Source of the DNA: a virus
Taxonomy: Duplodnaviria; Heunggongvirae; Uroviricota; Caudoviricetes
IMG/VR virus record: IMGVR_UViG_2778261692_000003
Coordinates: 1 to 40,582 of that record
Length of the DNA: 40,582 nucleotides
Strand: one strand, 5' to 3'
Position numbers and translations under genes: made by a program
Part shown: positions 1 to 9,658 of the stretch, piece after piece
How positions within the stretch are numbered: the stretch's first letter is position 1
Layout of the letters: every line of letters starts with the position of its first letter
Notes under the pieces: generated by a model
The model's input: the letters and a program-made list of their open reading frames with translations, nothing else
Databases searched by the model: none
Told to the model about the DNA's origin: nothing

Positions 1-1158
1 ATGCTCACCGTTAAGCAGATTGAAGCAGCAAAGCCGAAAGAAAAACCATACCGCCTTCTCGATGGTAATGGCCTGTACCTTTATGTCCCTGTATCCGGGA
101 AAAAGGTATGGCAGCTTCGCTACAAGATTGACGGTAAGGAAAAAATACTGACCGTAGGAAAATATCCGCTTATGACTTTGCAGGAGGCAAGGGATAAAGC
201 ATGGGCTGCGAGGAAAGACATCTCGGTTGGCATCGATCCGGTAAAAGCGAAAAAGGCTTCGTCTAACAACAACTCCTTTAGCGCCATTTACAAGGAATGG
301 TACGAGCACAAGAAGCAAGTCTGGTCAGTAGGCTATGCAAATGAACTTGCAAAAATGTTTGATGACGACATTTTACCCATCATCGGCGGCCTTGAAATTC
401 AGGATATTGAGCCGATGCAACTGTTGGAAGTAATCCGCAGATTTGAAGATCGCGGCGCAATGGAGCGAGCAAACAAAGCACGCAGAAGATGCGGCGAGGT
501 TTTCCGTTACGCTATTGTCACCGGAAGGGCTAAATATAACCCGGCACCTGACCTTGCAGACGCCATGAAAGGATACCGCAAGAAGAACTTCCCGTTTTTA
601 CCTGCAGACCAGATCCCGGCATTCAACAAAGCACTGGCAACATTTTCAGGAAGTATCGTATCGCTCATTGCCACCAAGGTTTTACGCTACACAGCCCTCA
701 GAACAAAAGAGCTTCGCTCCATGCAATGGAAGAACGTCGATTTTGAAAACAGGATTATCACTATCGACGCCAGTGTGATGAAGGGACGCAAAATTCATGT
801 GGTCCCGATGTCAGACCAGGTGGTTGAACTTCTCACTACGCTAAGCTCAATCACTAAACCAGTATCAGAGTTTGTTTTTGCCGGGCGCAACGATAAGAAG
901 AAGCCAATTTGCGAGAACGCTGTACTGCTTGTGATCAAACGAATCGGCTATGAGGGTCTGGAAAGCGGTCACGGATTCAGGCATGAATTCAGCACGATTA
1001 TGAACGAGCACGAATGGCCTGCTGACGCTATTGAAGTGCAACTGGCGCATGCCAACGGCGGATCTGTACGTGGAATTTACAACCATGCTCAGTATCTCGA
1101 TAAGCGCAGAGAAATGATGCAATGGTGGGCGGACTGGCTTGATGAAAAGGTGGAGTGA
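1..1158 (+). CDS. intS: P4-family tyrosine integrase (IntS of KplE1/CPS-53 type, argW-specific)
   Basis: 385-aa ORF. The N-terminus MLTVKQIEAAKPKEKPYRLLDGNGLYLYV and the C-terminal GHGFRHEF...HANGGSVRGIYNH catalytic region are typical of P4-like integrases. The sequence matches my recollection of E. coli IntS almost residue for residue. Confidence 0.95.
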   Translation: MLTVKQIEAAKPKEKPYRLLDGNGLYLYVPVSGKKVWQLRYKIDGKEKILTVGKYPLMTLQEARDKAWAARKDISVGIDPVKAKKASSNNNSFSAIYKEWYEHKKQVWSVGYANELAKMFDDDILPIIGGLEIQDIEPMQLLEVIRRFEDRGAMERANKARRRCGEVFRYAIVTGRAKYNPAPDLADAMKGYRKKNFPFLPADQIPAFNKALATFSGSIVSLIATKVLRYTALRTKELRSMQWKNVDFENRIITIDASVMKGRKIHVVPMSDQVVELLTTLSSITKPVSEFVFAGRNDKKKPICENAVLLVIKRIGYEGLESGHGFRHEFSTIMNEHEWPADAIEVQLAHANGGSVRGIYNHAQYLDKRREMMQWWADWLDEKVE

Positions 1159-1370
1159 TCCACATTAACTATCGAATGACACAAATCATTGCAATCCAGT
1201 GCAAAGCTTTGTGTGTTTTGTAGACATTGTCGTTGAAAGATGAGATGTATCAATTCAACAACTCAGTGAATTTTTCTTATGTTTCATATAGGAAAAATTT
1301 ATAATGGATTACTATGGATTTTATCGCATAATCATGTGAATGACATTTACAGAAAGTGATCGGTTTAATA

Positions 1371-2489
1371 ATGAACAATAAACTTAGCTCAGTACAGATA
1401 CTTAGAGGATTAGCTGCATTGTCTGTAGTTCTTTTTCACTACAGATTTTGGTTATCACCATTGTATGGAGATTTAACTATCCCTAATAAATATTTATCTT
1501 GGGGTTCTGCTGGTGTTGATTTGTTCTTCGTAATAAGTGGTTTTATTATGATGCATATCACTAGCCGTAAGCCATCTGGTATAAAGTCTGCTATATTCTT
1601 TTCCGTAGAAAGACTCACAAGGATTTTTCCTACATATTTTATTGCTCTCTTTACAGCTTTCTACTTTACATGGGAAGTTGGAATCTTCGTTGACCAAGCT
1701 AAGGTGGAAAATTTACTGAGTGCTTTAACATTCTCTCCTTTTACGGATGCGTACCCTCCTTTGTATGTTGATGCTGGTGGTATATTTGTTATTAGATGGA
1801 CGCTTAACTATGAATTATACTTCTATCTTGTATTCGCACTTTGTTTATTATTCAATAAAAGAACCTCTGGCATAGTCGTATGGATAATGACAACTATCCT
1901 TGTAGGATATATGTTGACTGGAAATGTAACATTATCCACTTCAGGTTATAAAACTGGTACTCCAGAACTTAGCTTTTTAACAAATCCGATAGTAATTGAA
2001 TTTGCTTTAGGCATCCTTGCTGGGCACACAGTTCGTTCAGCAAAATCATGGAGCAATAGATTAAAATACTCATTCACTGCTATATCGGCATTAATTTTTA
2101 TGACTGCAGTCTTCAATGGTTCTATTGAAGGTTATAATTTAAAGACAGGCATCATTGCATACTTCCTCTTAGTGGCGTTCGTAATAAATGATGAAGTTAT
2201 AACAAAAATTACACCATCATTTTTTGTAATGCTTGGTGATATTTCCTTCTCATGGTATCTGCTTCATAACCAGGTAGGTAGTTACATTTCATGGCAGGTT
2301 GAGGCTAATAATCCAGGTGTGATGCACAATGTATACGGGTTCACTATTTTACTAATTTTATCAATTTTTATTGCATTTCTTTCGCATAAATATATTGAAG
2401 TGATACTTACTAACAAGATTAGAAATAAGATATTTATGAGCATCCCTGGTAAACTGGTGGATATGAGGAAAGTAAAACAGGGGGAATAA
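1371..2489 (+). CDS. Acyltransferase family 3 integral membrane protein (O-antigen acetylase-like, serotype-conversion candidate)
   Basis: 372 aa from the ATG at 1371; the ORF-track start at 1356 is a GTG. Carries LRGLAALSVVLFHY and GVDLFFVISGF motifs and about 10 hydrophobic segments. Very low GC. Sits between int and tailspike, as oac does in Sf6. Confidence 0.8.
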   Translation: MNNKLSSVQILRGLAALSVVLFHYRFWLSPLYGDLTIPNKYLSWGSAGVDLFFVISGFIMMHITSRKPSGIKSAIFFSVERLTRIFPTYFIALFTAFYFTWEVGIFVDQAKVENLLSALTFSPFTDAYPPLYVDAGGIFVIRWTLNYELYFYLVFALCLLFNKRTSGIVVWIMTTILVGYMLTGNVTLSTSGYKTGTPELSFLTNPIVIEFALGILAGHTVRSAKSWSNRLKYSFTAISALIFMTAVFNGSIEGYNLKTGIIAYFLLVAFVINDEVITKITPSFFVMLGDISFSWYLLHNQVGSYISWQVEANNPGVMHNVYGFTILLILSIFIAFLSHKYIEVILTNKIRNKIFMSIPGKLVDMRKVKQGE

Positions 2490-2497
2490 TCCCCCCC
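2478..2497. terminator. Hairpin between convergent acyltransferase and tailspike genes (likely end of the late operon)
   Basis: GGGGGA-ATAA-TCCCCC stem-loop at 2480-2495. On the minus strand it is followed by TGTTTTAC. Confidence 0.5.
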
Positions 2498-2511
2498 CCA
2501 CAGCATAAATC

Positions 2512-4317
2512 TTAGTTCAGAATATCTGACTGACTCATAGATATAGCAGTCCAGTATCCGTAGTTTGCATCATAAGCAAATCTTATAGACCGGTGGCGCC
2601 CTGCTGCCGGGCTTGTCCATCCAGAAACTCTGAAGTCAGAAGACCAGTTTACTATTAATTCATCAGATCCAGAAATGTTATGAATAGTCATATCAATAGT
2701 CGCACCGTCTAATTTTTTTGCTACAGACGTAACATTAATTGGTGAACCAGTAGCCGACACAACACAGTATGATGATAAAAATGGGTTAATTTGCACAGTA
2801 CCATTTGATGAAATTATATTGTTGCTACGCGATGGATAAGGGTTAGTGCTTTCTTTTTTAGCTCCAGATGAAATATTGAAAATATTCTCATATGAATTTC
2901 TTAACCCGTTATCTACGATGATAGAATCGTTGCCTAAAAGATTCATACCTATTACTTTATTATCATGCGATGATGAGTCAAAATCTATACCACTGCTTAC
3001 TCCACCAATAAAGCTATTAGCATATGAGCCTTGCACCTGAATGGCTGGAGATGAATAACCAGCTTTTAGACCAATAAAGTCATTTGCATATGTTGTTTTA
3101 TGTAATAACACATCAGTTAAAGAATTAACTTCAAGATCCATGCCAATAACTGAATTCCCAACTGATTGGTTTCTATCATCAGTAGCGTGACCAAACTCAA
3201 TGCCAATATCGTTACCTTCTGATGTGCCATTTATAAATGTACAATTAGACATAAACACCCCACAAATCCCACTACCAGAGGTATGTTCAATAGTGGTATT
3301 CATGTAAGTATTTGCAGAAGACCCACGATCATTACCAGTTCCAAACTCACAATCAGATAAGATTCCGTGAACAGGGGTTGTTTGGAATGCTTCAATATTA
3401 TTACTGCATTGAATATTTTCATAGTGGCAAAGTTGGGTCCACCATTCATGAATAGCGGTCCTTGATATATTTGTCCCACGAATATTTTTGAATATACCTC
3501 CGATAACACCACGCAATGAAAGGCCATCTTTTGCGTGACCACCACCATCAAAGATAATGTTTTCAATATGTGACCCATAACCCCAGAACGAACCACTAGG
3601 CCCGCGAAGATCAATTTCCATAACATAGTCATGACTGCCACTAATGAGCTTAATGCGAGCGCCATCATCTCCATACCAAAATGCAGGACTAGTGAATGAC
3701 AACGGCTGAGATGTAAGGCAAACCCCTGCAGGTTGAACTATACGGACACCAGTATGCGCAGCAGCTACAGCAGCCTGAATTGCCACTGTGTCATCAGTTA
3801 CACCATCGCACTTAGCACCAAAATCTTTTAAGTTGATTATTTGTGCGTTTTTATCATGCTGTGTGATAGCTACCGACCCGGCAACGGGCTGTCTTACGCC
3901 AATTAATGCATCACCTTTTGAATCATCATTAATGTATTCCCCTGATTGAGATAACTGCTCTTTGAAGTCTGGACCAAACTGATCAGGGTCATACTTCAGC
4001 ACATTAGGAAAATAAAACTGCTGTGCACCATACGCATCATAAACAGCCATAGAATGGCCTTGCACGGTTACAAACTTGGCAATCTGTCCGTTATATACTG
4101 GGTAACCAGCAGCGTTAATGATGATTGGTTGAGAAACAGGAACGTGAGAGCCGTCTTCGTTCTCTACATAAACCTGAATCTGGTTTTCAGGATTTACCGG
4201 GTCAGTGTCAATTTTACCGATATAAATTTTGCCATTGGCTACGGCTTTAAAAGAACGAGCCATAGTGAAGAGTTGCGAAGGCATGCTGACCACAACATTT
4301 GCGGTGATATCTGACAT
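2512..4317 (-). CDS. Tailspike: P22 gp9-like head-binding N-domain plus divergent beta-helix receptor-binding/depolymerase domain
   Basis: Start moved to the ATG at 4317 ([17 protein letters not shown]...[27 protein letters not shown]), with GGAG upstream. This N-terminus matches P22 gp9. The downstream [20 protein letters not shown] is a pectate-lyase-like beta-helix start. GC drops after about aa 120. Confidence 0.9.
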   Translation of the reverse strand: MSDITANVVVSMPSQLFTMARSFKAVANGKIYIGKIDTDPVNPENQIQVYVENEDGSHVPVSQPIIINAAGYPVYNGQIAKFVTVQGHSMAVYDAYGAQQFYFPNVLKYDPDQFGPDFKEQLSQSGEYINDDSKGDALIGVRQPVAGSVAITQHDKNAQIINLKDFGAKCDGVTDDTVAIQAAVAAAHTGVRIVQPAGVCLTSQPLSFTSPAFWYGDDGARIKLISGSHDYVMEIDLRGPSGSFWGYGSHIENIIFDGGGHAKDGLSLRGVIGGIFKNIRGTNISRTAIHEWWTQLCHYENIQCSNNIEAFQTTPVHGILSDCEFGTGNDRGSSANTYMNTTIEHTSGSGICGVFMSNCTFINGTSEGNDIGIEFGHATDDRNQSVGNSVIGMDLEVNSLTDVLLHKTTYANDFIGLKAGYSSPAIQVQGSYANSFIGGVSSGIDFDSSSHDNKVIGMNLLGNDSIIVDNGLRNSYENIFNISSGAKKESTNPYPSRSNNIISSNGTVQINPFLSSYCVVSATGSPINVTSVAKKLDGATIDMTIHNISGSDELIVNWSSDFRVSGWTSPAAGRHRSIRFAYDANYGYWTAISMSQSDILN

Positions 4318-4438
4318 TTCATTGCTCCAGACGAATGATATGATGCAACCATGATGTGATTGCATACCGAAATGGTACTATTGAGTATTTATCCAGTAGG
4401 TTACGATGCCATTCCACCCAACTGGTGAGGCATCAAGG

Positions 4439-4699
4439 ATGTACAGCAAATACGACGAGGCGCAGTTTCACTTGAGACTTCCGCATGAACTCCACGCGAA
4501 AATTAAGCAGCGTGCGAAGATGAATAACAGGTCGCTGAACTCAGAGATAATTGCAGCGATTGAGGAATCATTGGATAAACAAAGCTCTGCATCAGTTTAC
4601 ATTGACGATGCAGAGCGTATGGCAGAACAACAATCTGATATGGTTAAGAAAATTGTCTTTGATACGCTCAAGAAGCTATATAAAAAAGACAGCAGATAA
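4439..4699 (+). CDS. mnt: Mnt-like ribbon-helix-helix repressor (immI remnant)
   Basis: 86 aa from the ATG at 4439, with GGTGAGG upstream. The N-terminal FHLRLPHELHAKIKQRAKMNNRSLNSEII is an RHH fold. The C-terminus DDAERMAEQQSDMVKKIVFDTLKKLYKK closely parallels P22 Mnt. No arc or ant gene follows. Confidence 0.8.
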   Translation: MYSKYDEAQFHLRLPHELHAKIKQRAKMNNRSLNSEIIAAIEESLDKQSSASVYIDDAERMAEQQSDMVKKIVFDTLKKLYKKDSR

Positions 4700-4719
4700 C
4701 CATCCGTTACGGAGGATTT

Positions 4720-4797
4720 ATGCACAGAGATATGCTGAATATTGCGTTCTACATATTTGGTTTTTGCACGTTCCTGGTGTTTGCGAAGTTATTCTGA
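4720..4797 (+). CDS. Possible 25-aa hydrophobic micro-protein downstream of mnt
   Basis: ATG at 4720 preceded by ACGGAGGA. Translation is MHRDMLNIAFYIFGFCTFLVFAKLF, a single TM-like helix. It overlaps the 3' end of the convergent ejection-protein gene by 9 nt. Too short for statistical support. Confidence 0.25.
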   Translation: MHRDMLNIAFYIFGFCTFLVFAKLF

Positions 4798-7182
4798 CAG
4801 CGCATCAGACTTAGCCCCCTGAGTCAGGGCGTTAATGGCCTTTTGTGCCTGCTGCATGGCTTTCTCAAAGGCTGTTGATCCGCGTGGGGTGTTTGCCATT
4901 CGGAGCATTGCATTTCTGAATGGCTCGCTCTCATATGCGCGAGTAAGAAGTCCGTAGCTTACCGCTGCGCCAGTTGTCGCAGGGTTCATTGCTGTCCCAT
5001 ATCCGATAATGAACGGGATGGTTTGCTGCCCTGTTGGTGTTGTTACTGCCGCTTTTGCAGCCTGCTGCGTGGATTGCAGGTAGTTTTTCAATCCTTTCAG
5101 ATAAGCGGCTTCCTGACCTTTAAATGTGATGCCAGTCTGGTTTTGCAGGATGTTAAGCTGTCGAAGGAACTGGTCAGGGGAACCACCTGATTTCTCCATC
5201 GCCTTTCCAATGATGCCATTGCGCATTTGCGCCCTGCCAACACGACCAACTGAGTTATACAGCGTCTTAATTTCCGATTTGTTCTTGCTGAATAGCATGT
5301 TGTTGACAACTTCCGGCGTCAGGTCGCCTTTCATGAGAACATTCTTCAGCCTGGTATTCTTTAGTTTCGCCGCTTCGTCAGCGTAGACGGCATTGGCCTG
5401 CTGATATTTACGGAGAGTATCGTTGCCAAGATTCTGACCAATGGCACCATTGATATCGTCGGTCATTGCCTTGTAAACGCGCTGAATGGCAGCATCGGAA
5501 CGGTTTGGTAACACTGGTCGCTCCCCCTTCACGTCCATTCTGAACTGGCTGCGCAGATCGCTTAATTGCTTCAAATCCAGATTTACCGGACCATCAGGAC
5601 CAGCATTGCGAACAAGCTCATCACGATAGGACTGAAGTTTTGAAATAGTCTCGTTATCAGCAACCTTACCAAGCTTCTGCAGGTTAGATATTTCTGTATC
5701 AATCTGCTGAATTGCTCTTGCAGGCTGAATGTTTATTCCCGCCATAGCATTCTGAACCTGCTCAAGACGGTTCCCTGCAGCACGACGAATTCCTGATGTT
5801 TTCGCTTTAAGGCTGTCAATAACAACAGCTGGATCATACTCACCGAATTTATCAGCAAATCTCTGCACCAACTGGCTTCTCGCTTCCTGTTGCGTTGCTC
5901 TCATTCCGCTTGTGCCAGCCAGGGGGATATTTTCCGCTGTCGTCTGCGCCATTTTTCCGACGCGGGAAATGGGTTGTAACAGGTCTGTGGTGTGCAGAGG
6001 AACTCCTTCACGTTCTGCAAATCTGATAGCCTGTTGCGCTTCTGGTGCTATCGAACCACGAACACCACGATAAGCAGCACCTAATCCACGTCCGGCAGCG
6101 TTAATAGCACCGCCAGCCAGCACACCAACGCCTAAATCGGTGGCGAGTGCTTCCGCATCATCTTTCGCACTGTTTGCAGCAAGTGATCCAACTGCGTTTT
6201 CTGCGAGAAGGCGAGTTGCCACCTGAGCAATTCGACCAGCAAGTGTTGGTGCCTGTGCTGCCGCTCTCTCAACGCCAGCAGGAGTGAGGTAAGGCAATGC
6301 TTCAGCAAATACCCTTCCCTCTGTCGTTTGTGGAGTCAGCGCGCCTTGCTGAAGGCCAAAGTCCTGCTCTAATCCCTGCGTTGTTACTCGTGGTGCTGGT
6401 TGATATGTACCATCGCCAATGCCGAGTTTACCGCCAGCCCAAGCCGCCGCGCTTGTTACAGCATCAGTGAGTTCAGCAGGTATGTTCGCTACGTTGATTC
6501 CTGCCTGTAGTAAGCCGCGCCCGGTTTCAGCAAGTCCATTACCAAGGTCAGACATTATTCCGCCTTGCTGCTGAACAGGTTTCGGTGCGACAGAACTTAC
6601 GGGTTGAGGTGGCTGCTGACTGGCTGCCTGCTGCTCAATCTGAGCAAATGGATTATTTGGGTCTGACTGCACGCCTGATGCCGATACTTGTTCGGATGAC
6701 TGTGCTTCCAGTTGTGCAAACGGGTTGTTAGGGTCTTGCTGAGGATGTACCTTTGCAGAGGTGGCGCGCTGTTCGACTGTTGAGTCTGTCACCGGGTCAC
6801 CCGCCCATTGAGCAAAGCGATCATCAACGTAACCGCGGCCTTCAGGTCCTGGCGTATATTCACCACGCTTTGCCTTCATAACGTTGCCGGGACCGTCGTG
6901 ATAAGCCTGAAGAGCGTCACGCCAGTTACCAAACTGCTGGTACATCTTTGCCAGATAGCGCGCGCCAGCGTCAGCCTGATATTCGGGGTTTTGCATTTGC
7001 TCATCGGTATAACCCATATCACGCCATGTCCCAGGCATGACCTGAGTCAATCCTACAGCCCCGGCGGAGCTTACTGCGGCAGGGTTGTAAGAAGACTCCT
7101 TGGCACCCAGTGCAGTCATCAACCCTTCTGGCACACCGTAACGTGCGCCAGCCTGCTCTAACAAATCACGGTAATTAGCCAT
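4789..7182 (-). CDS. Ejection (DNA-transfer) protein, gp16 position, with N-terminal lytic transglycosylase (SLT) domain
   Basis: 797 aa. SLT motifs AKESSYNP (catalytic E-S), GLTQVMP and AYHDGPG lie in aa 25-100. The remainder is Gln/Ala-rich. It is the last gene of the three-gene ejection block. Confidence 0.85.
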   Translation of the reverse strand: MANYRDLLEQAGARYGVPEGLMTALGAKESSYNPAAVSSAGAVGLTQVMPGTWRDMGYTDEQMQNPEYQADAGARYLAKMYQQFGNWRDALQAYHDGPGNVMKAKRGEYTPGPEGRGYVDDRFAQWAGDPVTDSTVEQRATSAKVHPQQDPNNPFAQLEAQSSEQVSASGVQSDPNNPFAQIEQQAASQQPPQPVSSVAPKPVQQQGGIMSDLGNGLAETGRGLLQAGINVANIPAELTDAVTSAAAWAGGKLGIGDGTYQPAPRVTTQGLEQDFGLQQGALTPQTTEGRVFAEALPYLTPAGVERAAAQAPTLAGRIAQVATRLLAENAVGSLAANSAKDDAEALATDLGVGVLAGGAINAAGRGLGAAYRGVRGSIAPEAQQAIRFAEREGVPLHTTDLLQPISRVGKMAQTTAENIPLAGTSGMRATQQEARSQLVQRFADKFGEYDPAVVIDSLKAKTSGIRRAAGNRLEQVQNAMAGINIQPARAIQQIDTEISNLQKLGKVADNETISKLQSYRDELVRNAGPDGPVNLDLKQLSDLRSQFRMDVKGERPVLPNRSDAAIQRVYKAMTDDINGAIGQNLGNDTLRKYQQANAVYADEAAKLKNTRLKNVLMKGDLTPEVVNNMLFSKNKSEIKTLYNSVGRVGRAQMRNGIIGKAMEKSGGSPDQFLRQLNILQNQTGITFKGQEAAYLKGLKNYLQSTQQAAKAAVTTPTGQQTIPFIIGYGTAMNPATTGAAVSYGLLTRAYESEPFRNAMLRMANTPRGSTAFEKAMQQAQKAINALTQGAKSDALSE

Positions 7183-8520
7183 TTACTGCCCCAAAGATGG
7201 AAGATATCCGTAGCGATTAATGAAGTCGATTGACAGCTCGGGGTGTTGCTTCAGGTAATCTATAGAAGCCTGAGGCGCTTCCACTCGCTTGATACCGTTT
7301 TGCTGAACGTACTTACCAACCGCCTCATTACGCTTCTGGTTGAGCGTGTTCAGGATGACGCCAGCGTTGCGACGAAAGGACTCCTCGCTCTGCGAGTTCT
7401 GCAGCGAACCAACAGCCTGGTCGAGCTTTTTTCCCTCGGCATCAGAAAGTGCGCCCATGCCTCGCATGGCCTGAACCGCTGTCAGGTATGCTTGGGATTT
7501 AAAGGTATCAAGTCGTGCCTGAGTGTCTGCAGCCTGTGAGCCTGGAACGTTGGGGATTACTCCACGTAAGCCTGTAATGCTCTTAAGTGAAGGAGAACTA
7601 ACGATATCGTTCAGAGTGAACATGCTGGTTGTGAGGGTGTTGATGCCGTCTTTGTAGCCATCATTTAGCGCTTGCTGCTTCTGCTGCAACTGCTGGTTGT
7701 TGGCTGCTATGCGGCTCTGTATTTCCTGGCGCTTCAGGTCGTTAGTTTCTGCTGATAGCATCCGGTCAAGGCGCTTATTTTCGTTGTTAATGCGGTTTGT
7801 TTCTGCGTCCAGATTAATGCGCTGCTGACCTAAATTCGCCTGGATATCTTGCCCGCGCATTGTGATTGCCTGATTCCGAGCGGCGGTTTGCGAATCCAGA
7901 TCCTGACCGCGCATGGTAACCTGGCGACCCTGCATTTTATCCTGTAGGTCAAAGTATTTTTCGGGTCCGAGACTGTTCATCCCCAGGTGATCGACAAATT
8001 CGCCGAACTGCCGCGGGTTCTGTTGGTACATCTGAGCGACGTCCTGAGGATTAACGCCAACACGAGCTAACTCACCGGCGTTGTTTTGCAGCCATGATTG
8101 CATTGCTTCTGGAGACGATGACGCAAGGCGTGCGCCAGCCGCTAAGGTGCCAATAGAATTGCGCTGGTCTTCGTCTGCCCACTTCATACCAGACTGAATC
8201 TTCTCTAATTGACCAGGATATTTGGTCATCAGATCTCGAACCTGCTGCCGATCACCTGACTGGATGGCTGCCGCATATTCTTTTTGGAATGCAGCATCCG
8301 CTTCCTGTTGCTTTGCGGCTTGATATGTTTGAGCGACACTACCCAGTCCCTGCAACGCCTGAAGGCCGATGTTATTGCGACCTGAACGCTCCATTTCGTT
8401 GTTCTGGCGAATATAGGCCAACGCCTCACTTACATCACTTGCCTTTGGCGCATTTGAGTTTTGCCCACCGATACCAGCAAGAAAACCGCCTGAGTTGATT
8501 CCTTGTTGCCAAGTAGCCAT
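7183..8520 (-). CDS. Ejection (DNA-transfer) protein, gp20 position
   Basis: 445 aa, Gln-rich and coiled-coil-like. Its stop abuts the start of the next gene. AAGGTGGG lies upstream of the ATG. Synteny matches P22 7-20-16. Confidence 0.8.
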   Translation of the reverse strand: MATWQQGINSGGFLAGIGGQNSNAPKASDVSEALAYIRQNNEMERSGRNNIGLQALQGLGSVAQTYQAAKQQEADAAFQKEYAAAIQSGDRQQVRDLMTKYPGQLEKIQSGMKWADEDQRNSIGTLAAGARLASSSPEAMQSWLQNNAGELARVGVNPQDVAQMYQQNPRQFGEFVDHLGMNSLGPEKYFDLQDKMQGRQVTMRGQDLDSQTAARNQAITMRGQDIQANLGQQRINLDAETNRINNENKRLDRMLSAETNDLKRQEIQSRIAANNQQLQQKQQALNDGYKDGINTLTTSMFTLNDIVSSPSLKSITGLRGVIPNVPGSQAADTQARLDTFKSQAYLTAVQAMRGMGALSDAEGKKLDQAVGSLQNSQSEESFRRNAGVILNTLNQKRNEAVGKYVQQNGIKRVEAPQASIDYLKQHPELSIDFINRYGYLPSLGQ

Positions 8521-8529
8521 ATTCCCACC

Positions 8530-9204
8530 TTAAAATAATGATCCAAGACCACCGATAATGCCGCCACCAATAGCGCCAACAGCCGTACCTATTCCTGGCA
8601 CCACAGAGCCAATCATCGCCCCTGATGCCGCACCGCTCATGGCACCTCCCAAGGCTGATTGCAGTCCTGATGGTCGGTTAGCATTAGCCGCAGATGCTGC
8701 CGCCTGCTGTTGATACAATTGGCTGACGTTGTTAGCGTAGTTCTGTCCGGCATTTGCCTGACCTGTAAGAGCACCAAGGCCGATATTTGCCAGATTGTTG
8801 TAGTTGTTCATCTGACCTGACAGCCAGTTTTGACCGAGTGTAGGTGCGATTGCTGCCAACTGGTTTCCTGTTGCTGTAGAGCCTAATCCACCAGTTGCCT
8901 CTGCTGCTGCCAGACTCTGGTAACGCGCCTGTCCAGCAAGGTCTTTGTACTGCTGGGAGTTGTAATACTGGTTAAGCGCCTGACCTTGCCCCTGAAGAGA
9001 GGAAAGATTCTGCAACTGTGATACGTACTGCTGAGCAAGTGGCGTGAACGGTGCAAGGTTTTGCATGTTCGTTTGCCACATTTCGCGCTGCAATTCGATG
9101 CCCTTTTCAGTTGCGCGTGCCTGGGCCTTTGAACCGCCATCACTGCCACCTTTGCAGTAAACAGTTTTGCTGAGGTGCTTATTGGCAATCTGGAAAATTA
9201 ACAT
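8530..9204 (-). CDS. Ejection protein, gp7 position, with C-terminal glycine-zipper
   Basis: 224 aa with GAGGAG 7 nt upstream of the ATG at 9204. The C-terminus GGAMSGAASGAMIGSVVPGIGTAVGAIGGGIIGGLGSLF is a glycine-zipper membrane segment. Confidence 0.75.
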   Translation of the reverse strand: MLIFQIANKHLSKTVYCKGGSDGGSKAQARATEKGIELQREMWQTNMQNLAPFTPLAQQYVSQLQNLSSLQGQGQALNQYYNSQQYKDLAGQARYQSLAAAEATGGLGSTATGNQLAAIAPTLGQNWLSGQMNNYNNLANIGLGALTGQANAGQNYANNVSQLYQQQAAASAANANRPSGLQSALGGAMSGAASGAMIGSVVPGIGTAVGAIGGGIIGGLGSLF

Positions 9205-9658
9205 TCGTTAACTCCTCGTATTTTGAGCGCGGTAACTGATAAATCGTGATGCCTACAGGCTTTCCACTGCTGGTATAAGCATCATCAAGGTGACCAACAC
9301 GGGTAGCGCCAAGCAAACGGATAATTGCCCGTCCGTATTTCGTGGTGTCAGGAACCATGGTGATGCTGTTAAGGAATGGTGAGTTTTCGAGAAGCCATTT
9401 GCAGAATAATCGATGCCCTTGCAGTGCATATTCTCCACGGAATCCTGGGTCATACACCGCATGGCATTCAACAACGCTATGCCAGAAGTTACGCACTTCA
9501 TGCACTCCGACTAGCATCAGTCCTTCGTAGATGCCGAGGTATACCGCATCAGGCTTGATGTAGTATTTGTCTCCACTATCTACGATATTTCCCGTATTTG
9601 CTGGGTTGTTGAGGAATTCTGCAAGCTTCACCGGATTATCGATGAGCTTTATTTCCAT
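9179..9658 (-). CDS. gp14-position protein (P22 gene 14-like, head/ejection accessory)
   Basis: 159 aa from the ATG at 9658, which overlaps the needle stop (TGATG). Assigned by position between the needle and ejection genes. Function not recognisable from the sequence alone. Confidence 0.65.
   Translation of the reverse strand: MEIKLIDNPVKLAEFLNNPANTGNIVDSGDKYYIKPDAVYLGIYEGLMLVGVHEVRNFWHSVVECHAVYDPGFRGEYALQGHRLFCKWLLENSPFLNSITMVPDTTKYGRAIIRLLGATRVGHLDDAYTSSGKPVGITIYQLPRSKYEELTNVNFPDCQ

Noticed and set aside
4318-4365. ORF-track N-terminal extensions (tailspike 4365, rha 20941, phosphatase 24709, cII 30110, ninB 27174, helicase 28684, cI TTG 30439, erf 34329 and others)
   Set aside because: In each case an internal ATG with a proper Shine-Dalgarno reproduces the known N-terminus of the reference protein. 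The extensions cross terminators or upstream genes.
4411-4428. Imperfect inverted repeat TCCACC-CAACT-GGTGAG upstream of mnt, as a possible Mnt operator
   Set aside because: Only 4 of 5 bp are symmetric, and the spacing differs from the P22 Omnt as I recall it. This is not strong enough to call without binding data.
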